A stretch of DNA of 32,000 bases from Planctomycetales bacterium (GTDB taxonomy: Bacteria; 4484-113; JAFGCY01), in the NCBI GenBank assembly GCA_022646745.1, contig CP060262.1, forward strand, positions 2,790,001-2,822,000, given 5' to 3'. This document shows positions 8,080-16,667 of the stretch, in pieces. The translations under genes were made by a program, and so were the position numbers. Numbering within the stretch: position 1 is the first letter of the stretch; each line of letters opens with the position of its first letter. The notes below the pieces were generated by a model that was given only the letters and a program-made list of their open reading frames with translations, did not search any database and was not told the DNA's origin.

Positions 8080-8703
8080 ATGAACCGCTTCCAACACGAT
8101 GAAATCTTTTCTGAAGCACCGATCAGTGTCCGCACTGGGCCGGGGGCTTTGAAGCTGATGACCCTGATGCTTGGCGATGCCTTGCCGGAGGACAAGCTGG
8201 CGAGCATCGTGGACTGCCTGCCGCAGGATGAACAGCGCGAGCGCCAGCGCCGGCTGCACCACCTGCTGGACAGTGGCTACGGCAGCTGCCTGCTGGCGAG
8301 GCCGGATGTGGCGGAGCTGGTGGACAGTGCGCTGCAGAGCTTCAACGGCCGGCAGTTTGAGCTGGTCAGCTGGGTGCTGATGCCAAGCCACATCCACATC
8401 CTTGCCGGGGCCAACTGCGGCTACCGGATGGAGCAGGTGCTGCTGGCCCTGATGGGCTGGACTGAGGAGAAGCTTGAGGAGCAGCTCGGGATCGAGGGCC
8501 GCATCTGGAGCCGGCAGTACCGTGAGCAGGTGATCCGCGATGAGGAGCATATGTTCGCCGCGATTGACTTCATCCACTCCGACCCGGTGCGCAGTGGGCT
8601 GTGCATCGAAGCCGAGGACTGGGAATACAGCTCAGCCAGCGGGCTGGACATCCGGCGCGTTGTCAGCGTTGTGGATGCGCTGCTGGAGGACCAGGCGGGC
8701 TGA
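8080..8703 (+). CDS. REP-associated tyrosine transposase (RayT)-like / IS200-superfamily Y1 HUH transposase-like protein
   Basis: 207 aa. LDSGYGSCLLARPDVAELV..FELVSWVLMPSHIHIL (HUH motif H-I-H). GRIWSRQYREQVIRDEEH carries the catalytic-Tyr segment. AIDFIHSDPVRSGL..WEYSSA matches the YIHxNPVxAGL..WxWSS tail of this family. The N-terminal RLPHW-type motif is not evident. Confidence 0.8.
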   Translation: MNRFQHDEIFSEAPISVRTGPGALKLMTLMLGDALPEDKLASIVDCLPQDEQRERQRRLHHLLDSGYGSCLLARPDVAELVDSALQSFNGRQFELVSWVLMPSHIHILAGANCGYRMEQVLLALMGWTEEKLEEQLGIEGRIWSRQYREQVIRDEEHMFAAIDFIHSDPVRSGLCIEAEDWEYSSASGLDIRRVVSVVDALLEDQAG

Positions 8704-8704
8704 A

Positions 8705-8787
8705 CAGACAACAGACTTCAGACTACAGACTACAGATCCTGTATTAGGCTTTGATGTGGCAACATGGGATCTGAAGTCTGTTGTCTG
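8705..8787. repeat. Long hairpin element A: 18-bp perfect inverted repeat between convergent genes
   Basis: CAGACAACAGACTTCAGA (8705..8722) pairs with TCTGAAGTCTGTTGTCTG (8770..8787) across a 47-nt spacer. It starts 2 nt after the RayT-like stop. The spacer holds CTACAGACTACAG. TCTGCTTTCC (8798..8807) follows. Confidence 0.85.
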
Positions 8788-8808
8788 ATGTCTGTGCTCT
8801 GCTTTCCC

Positions 8809-9195
8809 TCAACCAGGGAAAGCCCAGCCGAAGGCATATGTCTGGGCTGGGACACTGACGATCGCGATCCAGATAGCGGCCCAGCGGGCATCCTTCTCAG
8901 GCATCTTGCAGATTGCCAGCATGATGAAGTAGGACGCCAGGCTGCACAGTGCGGCGTACATCGTGCCGGCCAGGGCATGCAGTTCACCGCCGATGGCGAT
9001 GATGGAGATGATGAAGGCCACGACCTGCAGCATGCAGGAGCAGCCCGCGCTCTGGCCAATCAGCTTGTTGCCACGCAGCGGCATGTGGAAGTGCTCGTAT
9101 ATCTTCCACAGCAGCAGTCCGACGGGCAACAGCACGAGGCTTATGAGCATGCTCAGTGCCAGGCCGATCCAGTTGGCATCGATCACAGGGTCCAT
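8809..9195 (-). CDS. Small integral membrane protein (about 4 TM helices), hypothetical
   Basis: 128 aa with strongly GC3-biased codons. Hydrophobic segments: WIGLALSMLISLVLLPVGLLLW, MLQVVAFIISIIAIGG, MYAALCSLASYFIMLAI, WAAIWIAIVSV. Lies directly downstream of rarA on the same strand. Confidence 0.65.
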   Translation of the reverse strand: MDPVIDANWIGLALSMLISLVLLPVGLLLWKIYEHFHMPLRGNKLIGQSAGCSCMLQVVAFIISIIAIGGELHALAGTMYAALCSLASYFIMLAICKMPEKDARWAAIWIAIVSVPAQTYAFGWAFPG

Positions 9196-9239
9196 CCGCC
9201 GCCATTGTAGGCCGGGCGGGGCAGTGTGTCACGCCGGAC

Positions 9240-10610
9240 TTATGACTGCTGCTCGTCCTCGTAGGCTCCGCGCTCAGCGCCGAAGCGCTCGCCCCACCAG
9301 TGCTTCAGGCGCTCGAGGATGCCCTTCTCCATGCCGCGGCCCTTGAGCTTCAGCAGCTGCGGCGGGGATTCGGAAAGGCGTTCCGGCCAGTAGTTGTCAG
9401 GCACGAAGCCTCCCTTGTACTCCTGGGCGTACTTGTAACCCTTGCCGTAGTCAAGTTCCTGCATCAGTTTCGTCGGTGCGTTGCGGATGTGTAGCGGCAC
9501 CGGCAGAGCGCCATGCAGGTTGACGGCCTCGCGCGCCGCGTTGTAGCTCATGTAGACACCGTTGCTCTTCGGGGCGGCGGCGAGGTAGATTGCCAGCTGG
9601 GCCACGGCATTGTTGCATTCCGGCATGCCGAGGAACTCGACGGCATCCTTGACCGCCACGGCATGCACCAGTGCCCAGGGGTCTGCCAGCCCGATGTCCT
9701 CGCTGGCCATGCGTACCATCCGCCGGACGACGTACTTCGGGTCCTCGCCGCTTTCCAGCATGCGGGCGGTCCAGTACAGCGCGGCATCCGGGTCGGAACC
9801 GCGCACCGCCTTATGCAGCGCGGAGATGATGTTGTAATGCTCTTCGCCGCCCTTGTCGTAATGCAGGGCGCGGCCGGCGACGGCCTCCTCGAGGATTGCC
9901 ATATCAATGCGCAGGGCTTCGCTGCGTTGCTCATCGCCTTCGCCCCGGCGGCTGAGGTTGTCACAGATCTCCAGCGAGTTGAGTGCGAAGCGTGCATCCC
10001 CGGCGGCGAACTGTGAAATGCCGTCCAGCACGGCGTCGTCAATGTCGGCAGCATCACGGGCCAGCCCGCGTTCGCCATCAGTCAGCGCACGCAGCAGCAG
10101 TTCCCGCAACTCGTCAGGCTCCAGCCCGCGCAGGGTCAATACGCGGGCGCGGGACAGCAGGGCGGAATTGACCTCGAAGCTCGGGTTTTCCGTGGTGGCA
10201 CCGACCAGCACGAGGGTGCCGGCCTCCACATGCGGCAGCAGCACATCCTGCTGCGCCTTGTTGAAACGGTGGATCTCATCTAGGAAGAGCAGGGTGCCAC
10301 GGTTCTCCAGCCGGCGGCGCCTGAGCGCGTGCTCCACCTGCTCGCGGATCTCCTTCACGCCGACCACCACTGCGCTGAAGGGCAGGAACTCGTACTTCTC
10401 GGCGGCCAGCAAGCGCGCAATGGTGGTCTTGCCGCAGCCCGGCGGACCCCAGAGGATGATGCTCGGGAGCGCGGCCTGCTGCTGCAGACCCTTCAATGTC
10501 TTCACCAGCTCCGGCTGGCCGACCACTTCATCGAGCGAGCGCGGACGCATGCGCTCCGCCAGCGGGGTGAGGCGCTTCTGCTCGTTCGGGTCGGTGAAGA
10601 GGGAGTCCAC
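9240..10610 (-). CDS. rarA: Replication-associated recombination protein A (AAA+ ATPase RarA/MgsA)
   Basis: 456 aa. LAERMRPRSLDEVVGQ, Walker A LWGPPGCGKTT, Walker B LLFLDEIHRFNK, sensor VGATTENP. C-terminal MgsA domain: HYNIISALHKAVRGSDPDAALYW..ASEDIGLADP. Confidence 0.92.
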   Translation of the reverse strand: MDSLFTDPNEQKRLTPLAERMRPRSLDEVVGQPELVKTLKGLQQQAALPSIILWGPPGCGKTTIARLLAAEKYEFLPFSAVVVGVKEIREQVEHALRRRRLENRGTLLFLDEIHRFNKAQQDVLLPHVEAGTLVLVGATTENPSFEVNSALLSRARVLTLRGLEPDELRELLLRALTDGERGLARDAADIDDAVLDGISQFAAGDARFALNSLEICDNLSRRGEGDEQRSEALRIDMAILEEAVAGRALHYDKGGEEHYNIISALHKAVRGSDPDAALYWTARMLESGEDPKYVVRRMVRMASEDIGLADPWALVHAVAVKDAVEFLGMPECNNAVAQLAIYLAAAPKSNGVYMSYNAAREAVNLHGALPVPLHIRNAPTKLMQELDYGKGYKYAQEYKGGFVPDNYWPERLSESPPQLLKLKGRGMEKGILERLKHWWGERFGAERGAYEDEQQS

Positions 10611-10651
10611 AGGAGTATCTTAGTGCGCGGCTGCCTGCGGCAGCAGCGCGG

Positions 10652-10720
10652 AGAAAGCTGAGAGCAGAAAGCAGACTCGGCATGTGAACTCTGTGGTCTG
10701 CTTTCCGCTTTCAGCTCTCT
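10652..10720. repeat. Imperfect palindromic element B (purine-rich arm / pyrimidine-rich arm) filling the rarA-epimerase divergent gap
   Basis: GAAAGCAGAC (10667..10676) pairs with GTCTGCTTTC (10696..10705) across a 19-nt loop. The stem extends with 2-3 mismatches to about 10652/10720. Contains the 16-mer GAGCAGAAAGCAGACT (10662..10677), which is identical to 13680..13695. Confidence 0.8.
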
Positions 10721-10741
10721 GCTCTCTAGTAAACTTCCCGC

Positions 10742-11698
10742 ATGCGTGTGCTTGTCACCGGCGGTGCCGGCTTCATCGGCAGCCATCTCTGCGAGGCCCT
10801 GCTGCAGCGCGGAGAGCTCGTCACCATCCTCGACAACTTCGACGACTTCTACGACCCGGCGATCAAGTGGCGCAACATCGAATGGTGCGAGGACCAGCAC
10901 GGCTGCGGGGTGGTGGAGGGCGACATCTGCAACCCGGCGGCGATGCTCGACCTGTTCTCCCGCGGGCAGTTCGATGCGGTGGTGCACCTCGCGGCCCTGG
11001 CCGGTGTGCGCCTGAGCCTCGATGAGCCGCAGCGTTTCAATGATGTCAACCTCGGCGGCACGATCAACCTGCTGGAGGCAGCGCGGCGGCATGGTTGCCC
11101 GCGCTTCATCCTGGCATCCACCTCGTCCGCCTACGGCCTGTCCGAGGCAATTCCCTACCGCGAGGATGACCCGCTGCTCAGTCCTGTCAGTGTTTACGGC
11201 GCGACGAAGATCGCCTGCGAGAAGTACGGCCATATCTACCACCAGGTGCATGGCCTGCCGCTAGTTTCACTGCGCTTCTTCACGGCTCATGGCGAGCGCC
11301 AGCGGCCGGACATGGCAATCCATCGCTTCACCCGCATGATCCTCAATGGCGAGGAACTGACGATGTATGGCGATGGCAGTACAAGCCGCGACTACACCTA
11401 CATCGCGGATGTTGTCAACGGGATCCTCGCCGCACTGGACAGCGGGATCGGCTACGGTGTGTTCAACATCGGCGACAGTGAACGACATAGCCTGAGCTCC
11501 GTGATCAAGTTGATTGAGCAGGCCTGCGGCGTGGCGGCGAGGATCAAGCAGCTGCCGGAGCAGCCCGGCGACCCGCCGCATACCTGTGCGGACATTTCGC
11601 TGGCGAAGGAGCAGCTGGGCTATGCGCCGACAGTCAGCCTCGCAGAGGGGATTGGCAGGTTCGTGGACTGGTATAAGGGAGGTCAGGTGAAAACCTGA
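10742..11698 (+). CDS. NAD-dependent sugar-nucleotide epimerase/dehydratase (extended SDR; UDP-glucuronate/UDP-glucose 4-epimerase-like)
   Basis: 318 aa. MRVLVTGGAGFIGSHL Rossmann motif, STSSAYG, catalytic YGATKIACE (YxxxK), RFFTAHGERQRPDMA. Confidence 0.9.
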   Translation: MRVLVTGGAGFIGSHLCEALLQRGELVTILDNFDDFYDPAIKWRNIEWCEDQHGCGVVEGDICNPAAMLDLFSRGQFDAVVHLAALAGVRLSLDEPQRFNDVNLGGTINLLEAARRHGCPRFILASTSSAYGLSEAIPYREDDPLLSPVSVYGATKIACEKYGHIYHQVHGLPLVSLRFFTAHGERQRPDMAIHRFTRMILNGEELTMYGDGSTSRDYTYIADVVNGILAALDSGIGYGVFNIGDSERHSLSSVIKLIEQACGVAARIKQLPEQPGDPPHTCADISLAKEQLGYAPTVSLAEGIGRFVDWYKGGQVKT

Positions 11699-11960
11699 CA
11701 ACCAGGGTGCTGGTTGCTGGTTGCTGGGAGCAGAATCAGAAGCAGAAGCAGAATCAGGATCAGAAGCTGAAGGCAAACGGCAATAGGCAGTAGGCAGAAG
11801 AAGGAAGGAAGAAGGCTAAAGGTAGAAGGCGAGATCAAAGTACTGCATGCTCCACTGGCCGCTTCAGTCGTGTACAACCAGCTCCTTCCTCACTCGATTG
11901 ACTTCCTGACTCATTGACTTCGTGACTCCTTGAGCCGCGATCCTTCAAGCAGTCACCTCC
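11699..11960. repeat. Composite low-complexity/palindromic element C
   Basis: Hairpin CAACCAG-GGTG-CTGGTTG (11699..11716) sits right after the epimerase stop. Then GCTGGTT x2.5, followed by seven degenerate CAGAAK hexamers (11731..11772). A GAAGG-rich purine run extends to ~11830. The pyrimidine-rich counter-arm carries a 16-nt tandem duplication, ATTGACTTCCTGACTC / ATTGACTTCGTGACTC (11897..11928). Confidence 0.75.
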
Positions 11961-11980
11961 CAGGCCGATATCCCTGAGGC

Positions 11981-13090
11981 ATGCCAGCACAATCCAGCCA
12001 GCAGCACTCTGCCTTGTCCCTTGTCAGCGGACCTTCCGAATCACTGCTGGCAGGGCAGGTCTACCAGGCCCGGGTCAGCCGCGTGCATGCGGGGCAGCTG
12101 GAACTGGCAATCGGAGACAGTTGCCTGCTGGCCGACTCCGTCTACAGGTTCCGCCAGGGGGACTGGCTCAGCCTGCGCTGCATGGGCCGGCAGGATGGGC
12201 GGCTGCGTTTCGAACTGGTGATGCCGGAGGGTGGGCAGGCACGGGAGAGCCTGGCAGCCCTGGCCCGGGCGAGCGGCGTTTCCAGCGACAAGGCCTCAGT
12301 CGAGGCAGTGGCTGAGCTGCTCAGGCTGGGCTTGCCGGTTCGGCCCGGGACTGTAGCACTCCGGATGGAATTGCAGCGCAGCGATTGCCAACTGGATGGG
12401 GAGCTGGCGGCAGTGATCATGCGCCTGCAGGCAGCTGGGCTCGACATTGATCAACCAGGCCTTGCCGCATATGGCAAATGGCGACAGGGTGGCGGCAGCC
12501 TGGCCGGGCTGATCCGCTGTAGCTGTCCGCAACTGGCGGGCAGGCTGCTTGCCGGGGCTGATGGCATCGTACATAGCCCGGCTGCCATCCGTGGGATTCT
12601 CCACAGTCTGTACGGCAGTCCTTCGTTAGTCACTTCAAATGATGGGGCCGCTGGTCCTGAGTCCTGCTGCGACTCACTGGCTGGACTGCTGGCCCTGCTT
12701 GCCACACTGGCTGAACTGGAAAAGCCGAAACTCAGGTTCCGGCTACCCTGTACGGCTGCTGGCGGGGACTTTGACATCGAGATTGAATACACTGCACTGG
12801 GCCGGCGCAACTACAGGCAGTGCTTCAGTGCCATGCTGTCGCTGCAAGCAGCGCAGCGACCGCCATCGCGCATCCAGCTGGTTGACACAGGCAGCACGCT
12901 GCAGGTCTCGATGCTTGCCGGGGATGATTCGCTGCCGGAGCGGATGCGGAGGATCAGTATGCCAGGCTCTTCACAGCAAAGTGCCACGCAAGCATCTGGC
13001 AAGGAAGGCCGGAGCCTTGCCACACGTCTGCCGCATACCTTGATGGAGCAGCTGGCAAGAATGGTCGCCGTGCTTCAGGAGCGCTGCTGA
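11981..13090 (+). CDS. Hypothetical protein (no family recognised; weak, unverified resemblance to flagellar hook-length-control type proteins)
   Basis: 369-aa ORF with host-like codon bias. Ala/Leu/Gly-rich. Its 3' end overlaps the convergent adenosyltransferase gene by 16 nt. Confidence 0.5.
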   Translation: MPAQSSQQHSALSLVSGPSESLLAGQVYQARVSRVHAGQLELAIGDSCLLADSVYRFRQGDWLSLRCMGRQDGRLRFELVMPEGGQARESLAALARASGVSSDKASVEAVAELLRLGLPVRPGTVALRMELQRSDCQLDGELAAVIMRLQAAGLDIDQPGLAAYGKWRQGGGSLAGLIRCSCPQLAGRLLAGADGIVHSPAAIRGILHSLYGSPSLVTSNDGAAGPESCCDSLAGLLALLATLAELEKPKLRFRLPCTAAGGDFDIEIEYTALGRRNYRQCFSAMLSLQAAQRPPSRIQLVDTGSTLQVSMLAGDDSLPERMRRISMPGSSQQSATQASGKEGRSLATRLPHTLMEQLARMVAVLQERC

Positions 13091-13629
13091 CGGCTCTGCC
13101 AGGCTTCCTCGGGTGCGCCATGCACGTGGTTGGCATAACGCGCCAGCACGAACAGCAGGTCCGCGAGGCGGTTCAGGTAGCGCAGCGCGACGGCGTCGAA
13201 GCGCCCCTCCTCACTCTCGAAAGCTGACACCGCCAGCCGTTCGGCACGGCGCGAGACGGTGCGGGCATGGTGCAGCGCAGCGGAGACCGGGTGCCCGGCG
13301 GGCAGGATGAAGTTAGTGAGCGGCGGCATCTCGGCGGTCAGCTCATCGATCCACTGTTCCATGTTGGCAACATCGTCATCGCTGACGCGCGGGTCGTCCG
13401 GCTTGCCGGCGGCCAATGTGGCACTGCATTCAAACAGCTCACACTGCAGCTGGTGCATGATCGCGGCCAGCTTGTCGTTGTGCTCATGCAGCGCGCGGGC
13501 CACGCCGAGCACACTGTTCAGCTCGTCCACCGTGCCGTAGGCCTCCACCAGCGGGCTGGCCTTGCTGACGCGTTCCCCGCTGAACAGGCTGGTCTTTCCC
13601 TTGTCACCGCCGCGTGTGTAGATCTTCAT
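13075..13629 (-). CDS. PduO-type ATP:cob(I)alamin adenosyltransferase
   Basis: MKIYTRGGDKGKTSLFSGERVSK..VEAYGTVDELNSVLG is the canonical PduO-type N-terminus. I chose the ATG at 13629 (GGAGG 5 nt upstream) rather than the track's 13647. Confidence 0.85.
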   Translation of the reverse strand: MKIYTRGGDKGKTSLFSGERVSKASPLVEAYGTVDELNSVLGVARALHEHNDKLAAIMHQLQCELFECSATLAAGKPDDPRVSDDDVANMEQWIDELTAEMPPLTNFILPAGHPVSAALHHARTVSRRAERLAVSAFESEEGRFDAVALRYLNRLADLLFVLARYANHVHGAPEEAWQSRQQRS

Positions 13630-13663
13630 GTCTGCCTCCGGGGACATTATCCCGGATGGGATA

Positions 13664-13744
13664 GGAAGCAGAAAGCAGGGAGCAGAAAGCAGACTGGGTT
13701 GTATCCACAGAGTTGTGATCTCCTGCTCTCAGCTCTCAGCTTCC
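13664..13744. repeat. Imperfect palindromic element D, immediately upstream of the flagellin promoter
   Basis: Purine arm GGAAGCAGAAAGCAGGGAGCAGAAAGCAGAC. Pyrimidine arm CTCCTGCTCTCAGCTCTCAGCTTCC. Shares GAGCAGAAAGCAGACT (13680..13695) with element B. The loop word CCACAGAGTT is the reverse complement of AACTCTGTGG in the loop of B. Confidence 0.75.
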
Positions 13745-13755
13745 TTCTCGCTGGC

Positions 13756-13783
13756 TAAAGCCCCACGCCTTTCATGCCGATAC
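13756..13783 (+). promoter_or_regulatory. Sigma28 (FliA/SigD)-type flagellar class III promoter
   Basis: TAAA (13756..13759), N16, GCCGATAC (13776..13783), against the consensus TAAA-N15-GCCGATAA. Lies ~130 nt upstream of the flagellin ATG. GGAGGAA sits 6 nt before the ATG. Confidence 0.6.
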
Positions 13784-13913
13784 ACAGCCTGATGGACCAT
13801 GTGGCAAGGATGCCCAGGCGGTCCCAGGGAGAAAAGTGGAAGGATGCGGAGGCCTGCGCGGCTGGACCAGTGATCCATTCCATTTCTCCCCCGTATTCAT
13901 GGAGGAATAGTGG

Positions 13914-16601
13914 ATGTCGATACTGAGGATCAACCAGAACCCGGTTGCGATCAATGCCAACCGCAACCTGAAGGTGACGGGCATGGCGATCAGCCGCTCG
14001 CTGGAGAAGCTGAGCTCCGGCCTGCGCATCAACCGCGCTGCCGATGACGCCGCCGGCCTGTCCATCTCCGAGAAGCTGCGGGCCCAGATCAAGGGCCTGA
14101 ACCGCGCTTCCGCCAACTCGCTGGACGGCATCTCGCTGATCCAGACCGCGGAAGGTGCGCTCAACGAGGTGCACAATATCCTGCAGCGCATGCGTGAGCT
14201 GGCCGTGCAGGCTGCCAACGGCGTGTACACCGCCAATGACCGCCAGGCCCTGCAGCTCGAGATCAGCGAACTGACGGATGAAATCAACCGCATCTCGCGC
14301 ACCACTGAATTCAACTCCAAGCGCCTGCTGGACGGCACCCTCGGGGCGCTGATCTCGACCGATGACTTCAGCCGCATCAAGGGCGTCGTCACCGGCAGCG
14401 TCGGGTTGGGTGGCAACTTCGTGATGCGGGCTGTTGCCAAGACCGCCGGAGTGCTGCAGAAGCAGAAGAGCGACGTGTTTGCCGTCAAGCATGACGGGGA
14501 CAGCGTCGGCAGGCTGAACTACCTCAACACATGGCGCGCCGATGCCAGCCTGAAGACCGCCAATGCGAGCGGGGCGGGCAACACCGGACTGTACCAGCTA
14601 GAGGTGCCGGCCACCGCCTTCGGCAGCGTGGCGGTATCCAGCGTGCTGGATGGCAGCGTGCGCATCGGCAATGCGATTGGTGCCGGCGGTGGTGCGACCC
14701 TCGGACAGAACATGCAGGCCGAGGAGCTCAGCATCGGTGACAAGGTGATGATGACGCTCGACACGGTTGGCGGTGTACAGACGGTCTCGATCACGATTCT
14801 GTCCCTCAACACCACGAACGGCGTACTGGCCAGCCAGATCAGTGCTGCGCTGGGCGGACTGACGACGGGCGTGGCCTTTGACGGCGCGGCCAACAACAAC
14901 AACTTCAGCGTCGCGCTGGCCGCCGGAGTGACGATCCTGAACACGCAGTTCATTGACTACGACGGCAGCGGCTCGCAGTTCCACCTGAGCTTCTCAGCCA
15001 ACGGACAGAGCAACCGCATGTTCAGCGCATTTGACCTGTCGTTCTTCAACAACACGAATGCCTGGAGCAGCACGCTGACCCGCCCGGCCGGTGACAGCGG
15101 GGCGCGTTTCAGTGTCGGGGATGGCACAACCGGCACGCTGCACCTGCGCTTTGACACGCGCTACGACTGGAGCACGGTCAGCATTGCCGGCGTGACACGC
15201 ACCGACGAAATCAGCTGGAGCAAGATCTCCGGCAAGAACTCACTGCAGGATTACGGCAGGGTCTGGCAGGACGGGCCGATGCCCGCCAATGGCACCTTCC
15301 TCGTCAGTGCGGTGGATTCCCGCACCTACGCCGTATTCAGCTTTGACAACCAGAAGTACACTGACCTCGTGGCCACGGGCTGGGACCAGGGCGATGCGAT
15401 CGCCGCGGCGCGCGGGGCGCAGGTCGGGGCCAACACCTCGATCGGTGCCACCTTCGACGGCACAGGCACCACGATCGCCAACCTGCGGATCACATTCGAC
15501 GGCATCCTGCAGGCCGGTGAGACCGCGACATTCAACGTCGGCACCGGCAATGTGCTGACCGCCGACCAGCAGAACACGCTGGCCAGCATCGCCCGCTTCC
15601 AGGAGTTCGAGGTGTTCAACGGCCGCAGCAACGTGCAGCTGGACATCTACCTGCGTGGCACGGCCAACCGCACCACGATCAACGTCGGCAGCAATGACAC
15701 CCTGGAGGACCTCGCCGGAAAGATCAGCCTGGCGATCTGGAACCCGGACGGCAGCGGAGTGGTGCAGAGTGCGGTGATCAACCCCGACAACCCGCCGGAC
15801 CTCGTGCATGTCAACACGCTTGGCAACGCCAAGGGCACGATCAGCATCACCACCCCCGTGCCCGGTTCGCAGATCGTGCTGGCCGCGGATGAGAGCCTGC
15901 TGAAGACCCTGTCACTCGTTGAGGTGGCAAAGGGCAAGAGCCCGGTCTACAGCGTGAGCGCCTTCAACCTGGAGGAGAATGCCAGCGTCGGCAGCATCCT
16001 GACGGATTCCAACGAGATCAACGGGCTGCTGCCCGGCCTGCGGATCATCTTTGACAACACGCTCGGACTGAAGCTGGACCCGCAGCCCCCGACAAACCTG
16101 AATGGCGGCGTGAACGGGATGAACAGCTTCGCCTTCCCGCTGGCCTATGAGTCCCCGGTGCTGTCCTTCAGCGGTGAGGTGGACAGCTTCTTCATCCACG
16201 TCGCCCCGCGCGGTTTCCAGCTGCAGATCGGTGCCAACCAGGGCCAGACCATCGACAGCTTCGTCGCTGACACTTCGGCCACGGCACTCGGGATCGAGGG
16301 CCTGCTGGTGGTGGACGGCGGACTGGCGCAGGAAGCGATCTCGCTTATCGACGTGGCGATAAACCGCGTCAGTGACCAGCGTAGCCGGCTCGGTGCGATC
16401 CAGAACCGCCTCGAAAGCACGATCCGCAACCTGGACGTGGCCAGTGAGAACCTGACCGCATCCGAGAGCCGGATCCGTGATGTGGACGTGGCACTGGAAA
16501 CGCTGACGAGCACCCGCAACCAGATCCTGCTGCAGTCCGGCGTGGCAGCCCTGGCCCAGGCCAACCAGCTGCCGCAGGCGGTGCTGCAGCTGATCCAGTA
16601 G
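13914..16601 (+). CDS. fliC: Flagellin, giant form (895 aa) with a ~600-aa central variable region
   Basis: N-terminal D0/D1: MSILRINQNPVAINANRNL..LSSGLRINRAADDAAGLSISEKLR..GISLIQTAEGAL. C-terminal D1/D0: QRSRLGAIQNRLESTIRNLDVASENLTASESRIRDVDVALE..LLQSGVAALAQANQLPQAVLQLIQ. Confidence 0.92.
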   Translation: MSILRINQNPVAINANRNLKVTGMAISRSLEKLSSGLRINRAADDAAGLSISEKLRAQIKGLNRASANSLDGISLIQTAEGALNEVHNILQRMRELAVQAANGVYTANDRQALQLEISELTDEINRISRTTEFNSKRLLDGTLGALISTDDFSRIKGVVTGSVGLGGNFVMRAVAKTAGVLQKQKSDVFAVKHDGDSVGRLNYLNTWRADASLKTANASGAGNTGLYQLEVPATAFGSVAVSSVLDGSVRIGNAIGAGGGATLGQNMQAEELSIGDKVMMTLDTVGGVQTVSITILSLNTTNGVLASQISAALGGLTTGVAFDGAANNNNFSVALAAGVTILNTQFIDYDGSGSQFHLSFSANGQSNRMFSAFDLSFFNNTNAWSSTLTRPAGDSGARFSVGDGTTGTLHLRFDTRYDWSTVSIAGVTRTDEISWSKISGKNSLQDYGRVWQDGPMPANGTFLVSAVDSRTYAVFSFDNQKYTDLVATGWDQGDAIAAARGAQVGANTSIGATFDGTGTTIANLRITFDGILQAGETATFNVGTGNVLTADQQNTLASIARFQEFEVFNGRSNVQLDIYLRGTANRTTINVGSNDTLEDLAGKISLAIWNPDGSGVVQSAVINPDNPPDLVHVNTLGNAKGTISITTPVPGSQIVLAADESLLKTLSLVEVAKGKSPVYSVSAFNLEENASVGSILTDSNEINGLLPGLRIIFDNTLGLKLDPQPPTNLNGGVNGMNSFAFPLAYESPVLSFSGEVDSFFIHVAPRGFQLQIGANQGQTIDSFVADTSATALGIEGLLVVDGGLAQEAISLIDVAINRVSDQRSRLGAIQNRLESTIRNLDVASENLTASESRIRDVDVALETLTSTRNQILLQSGVAALAQANQLPQAVLQLIQ

Positions 16602-16667
16602 CGCTGGGCCAGCTGGCCTATATAATGCGCGGGTGAACCGATCCGGCACCAGGCGGTCTATATAGGC

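Noticed and set aside
14400-16190. Enzymatic (metalloprotease, flagellinolysin-type) insert in the giant flagellin.
   Set aside because: There is no HExxH or other catalytic motif in the central region.
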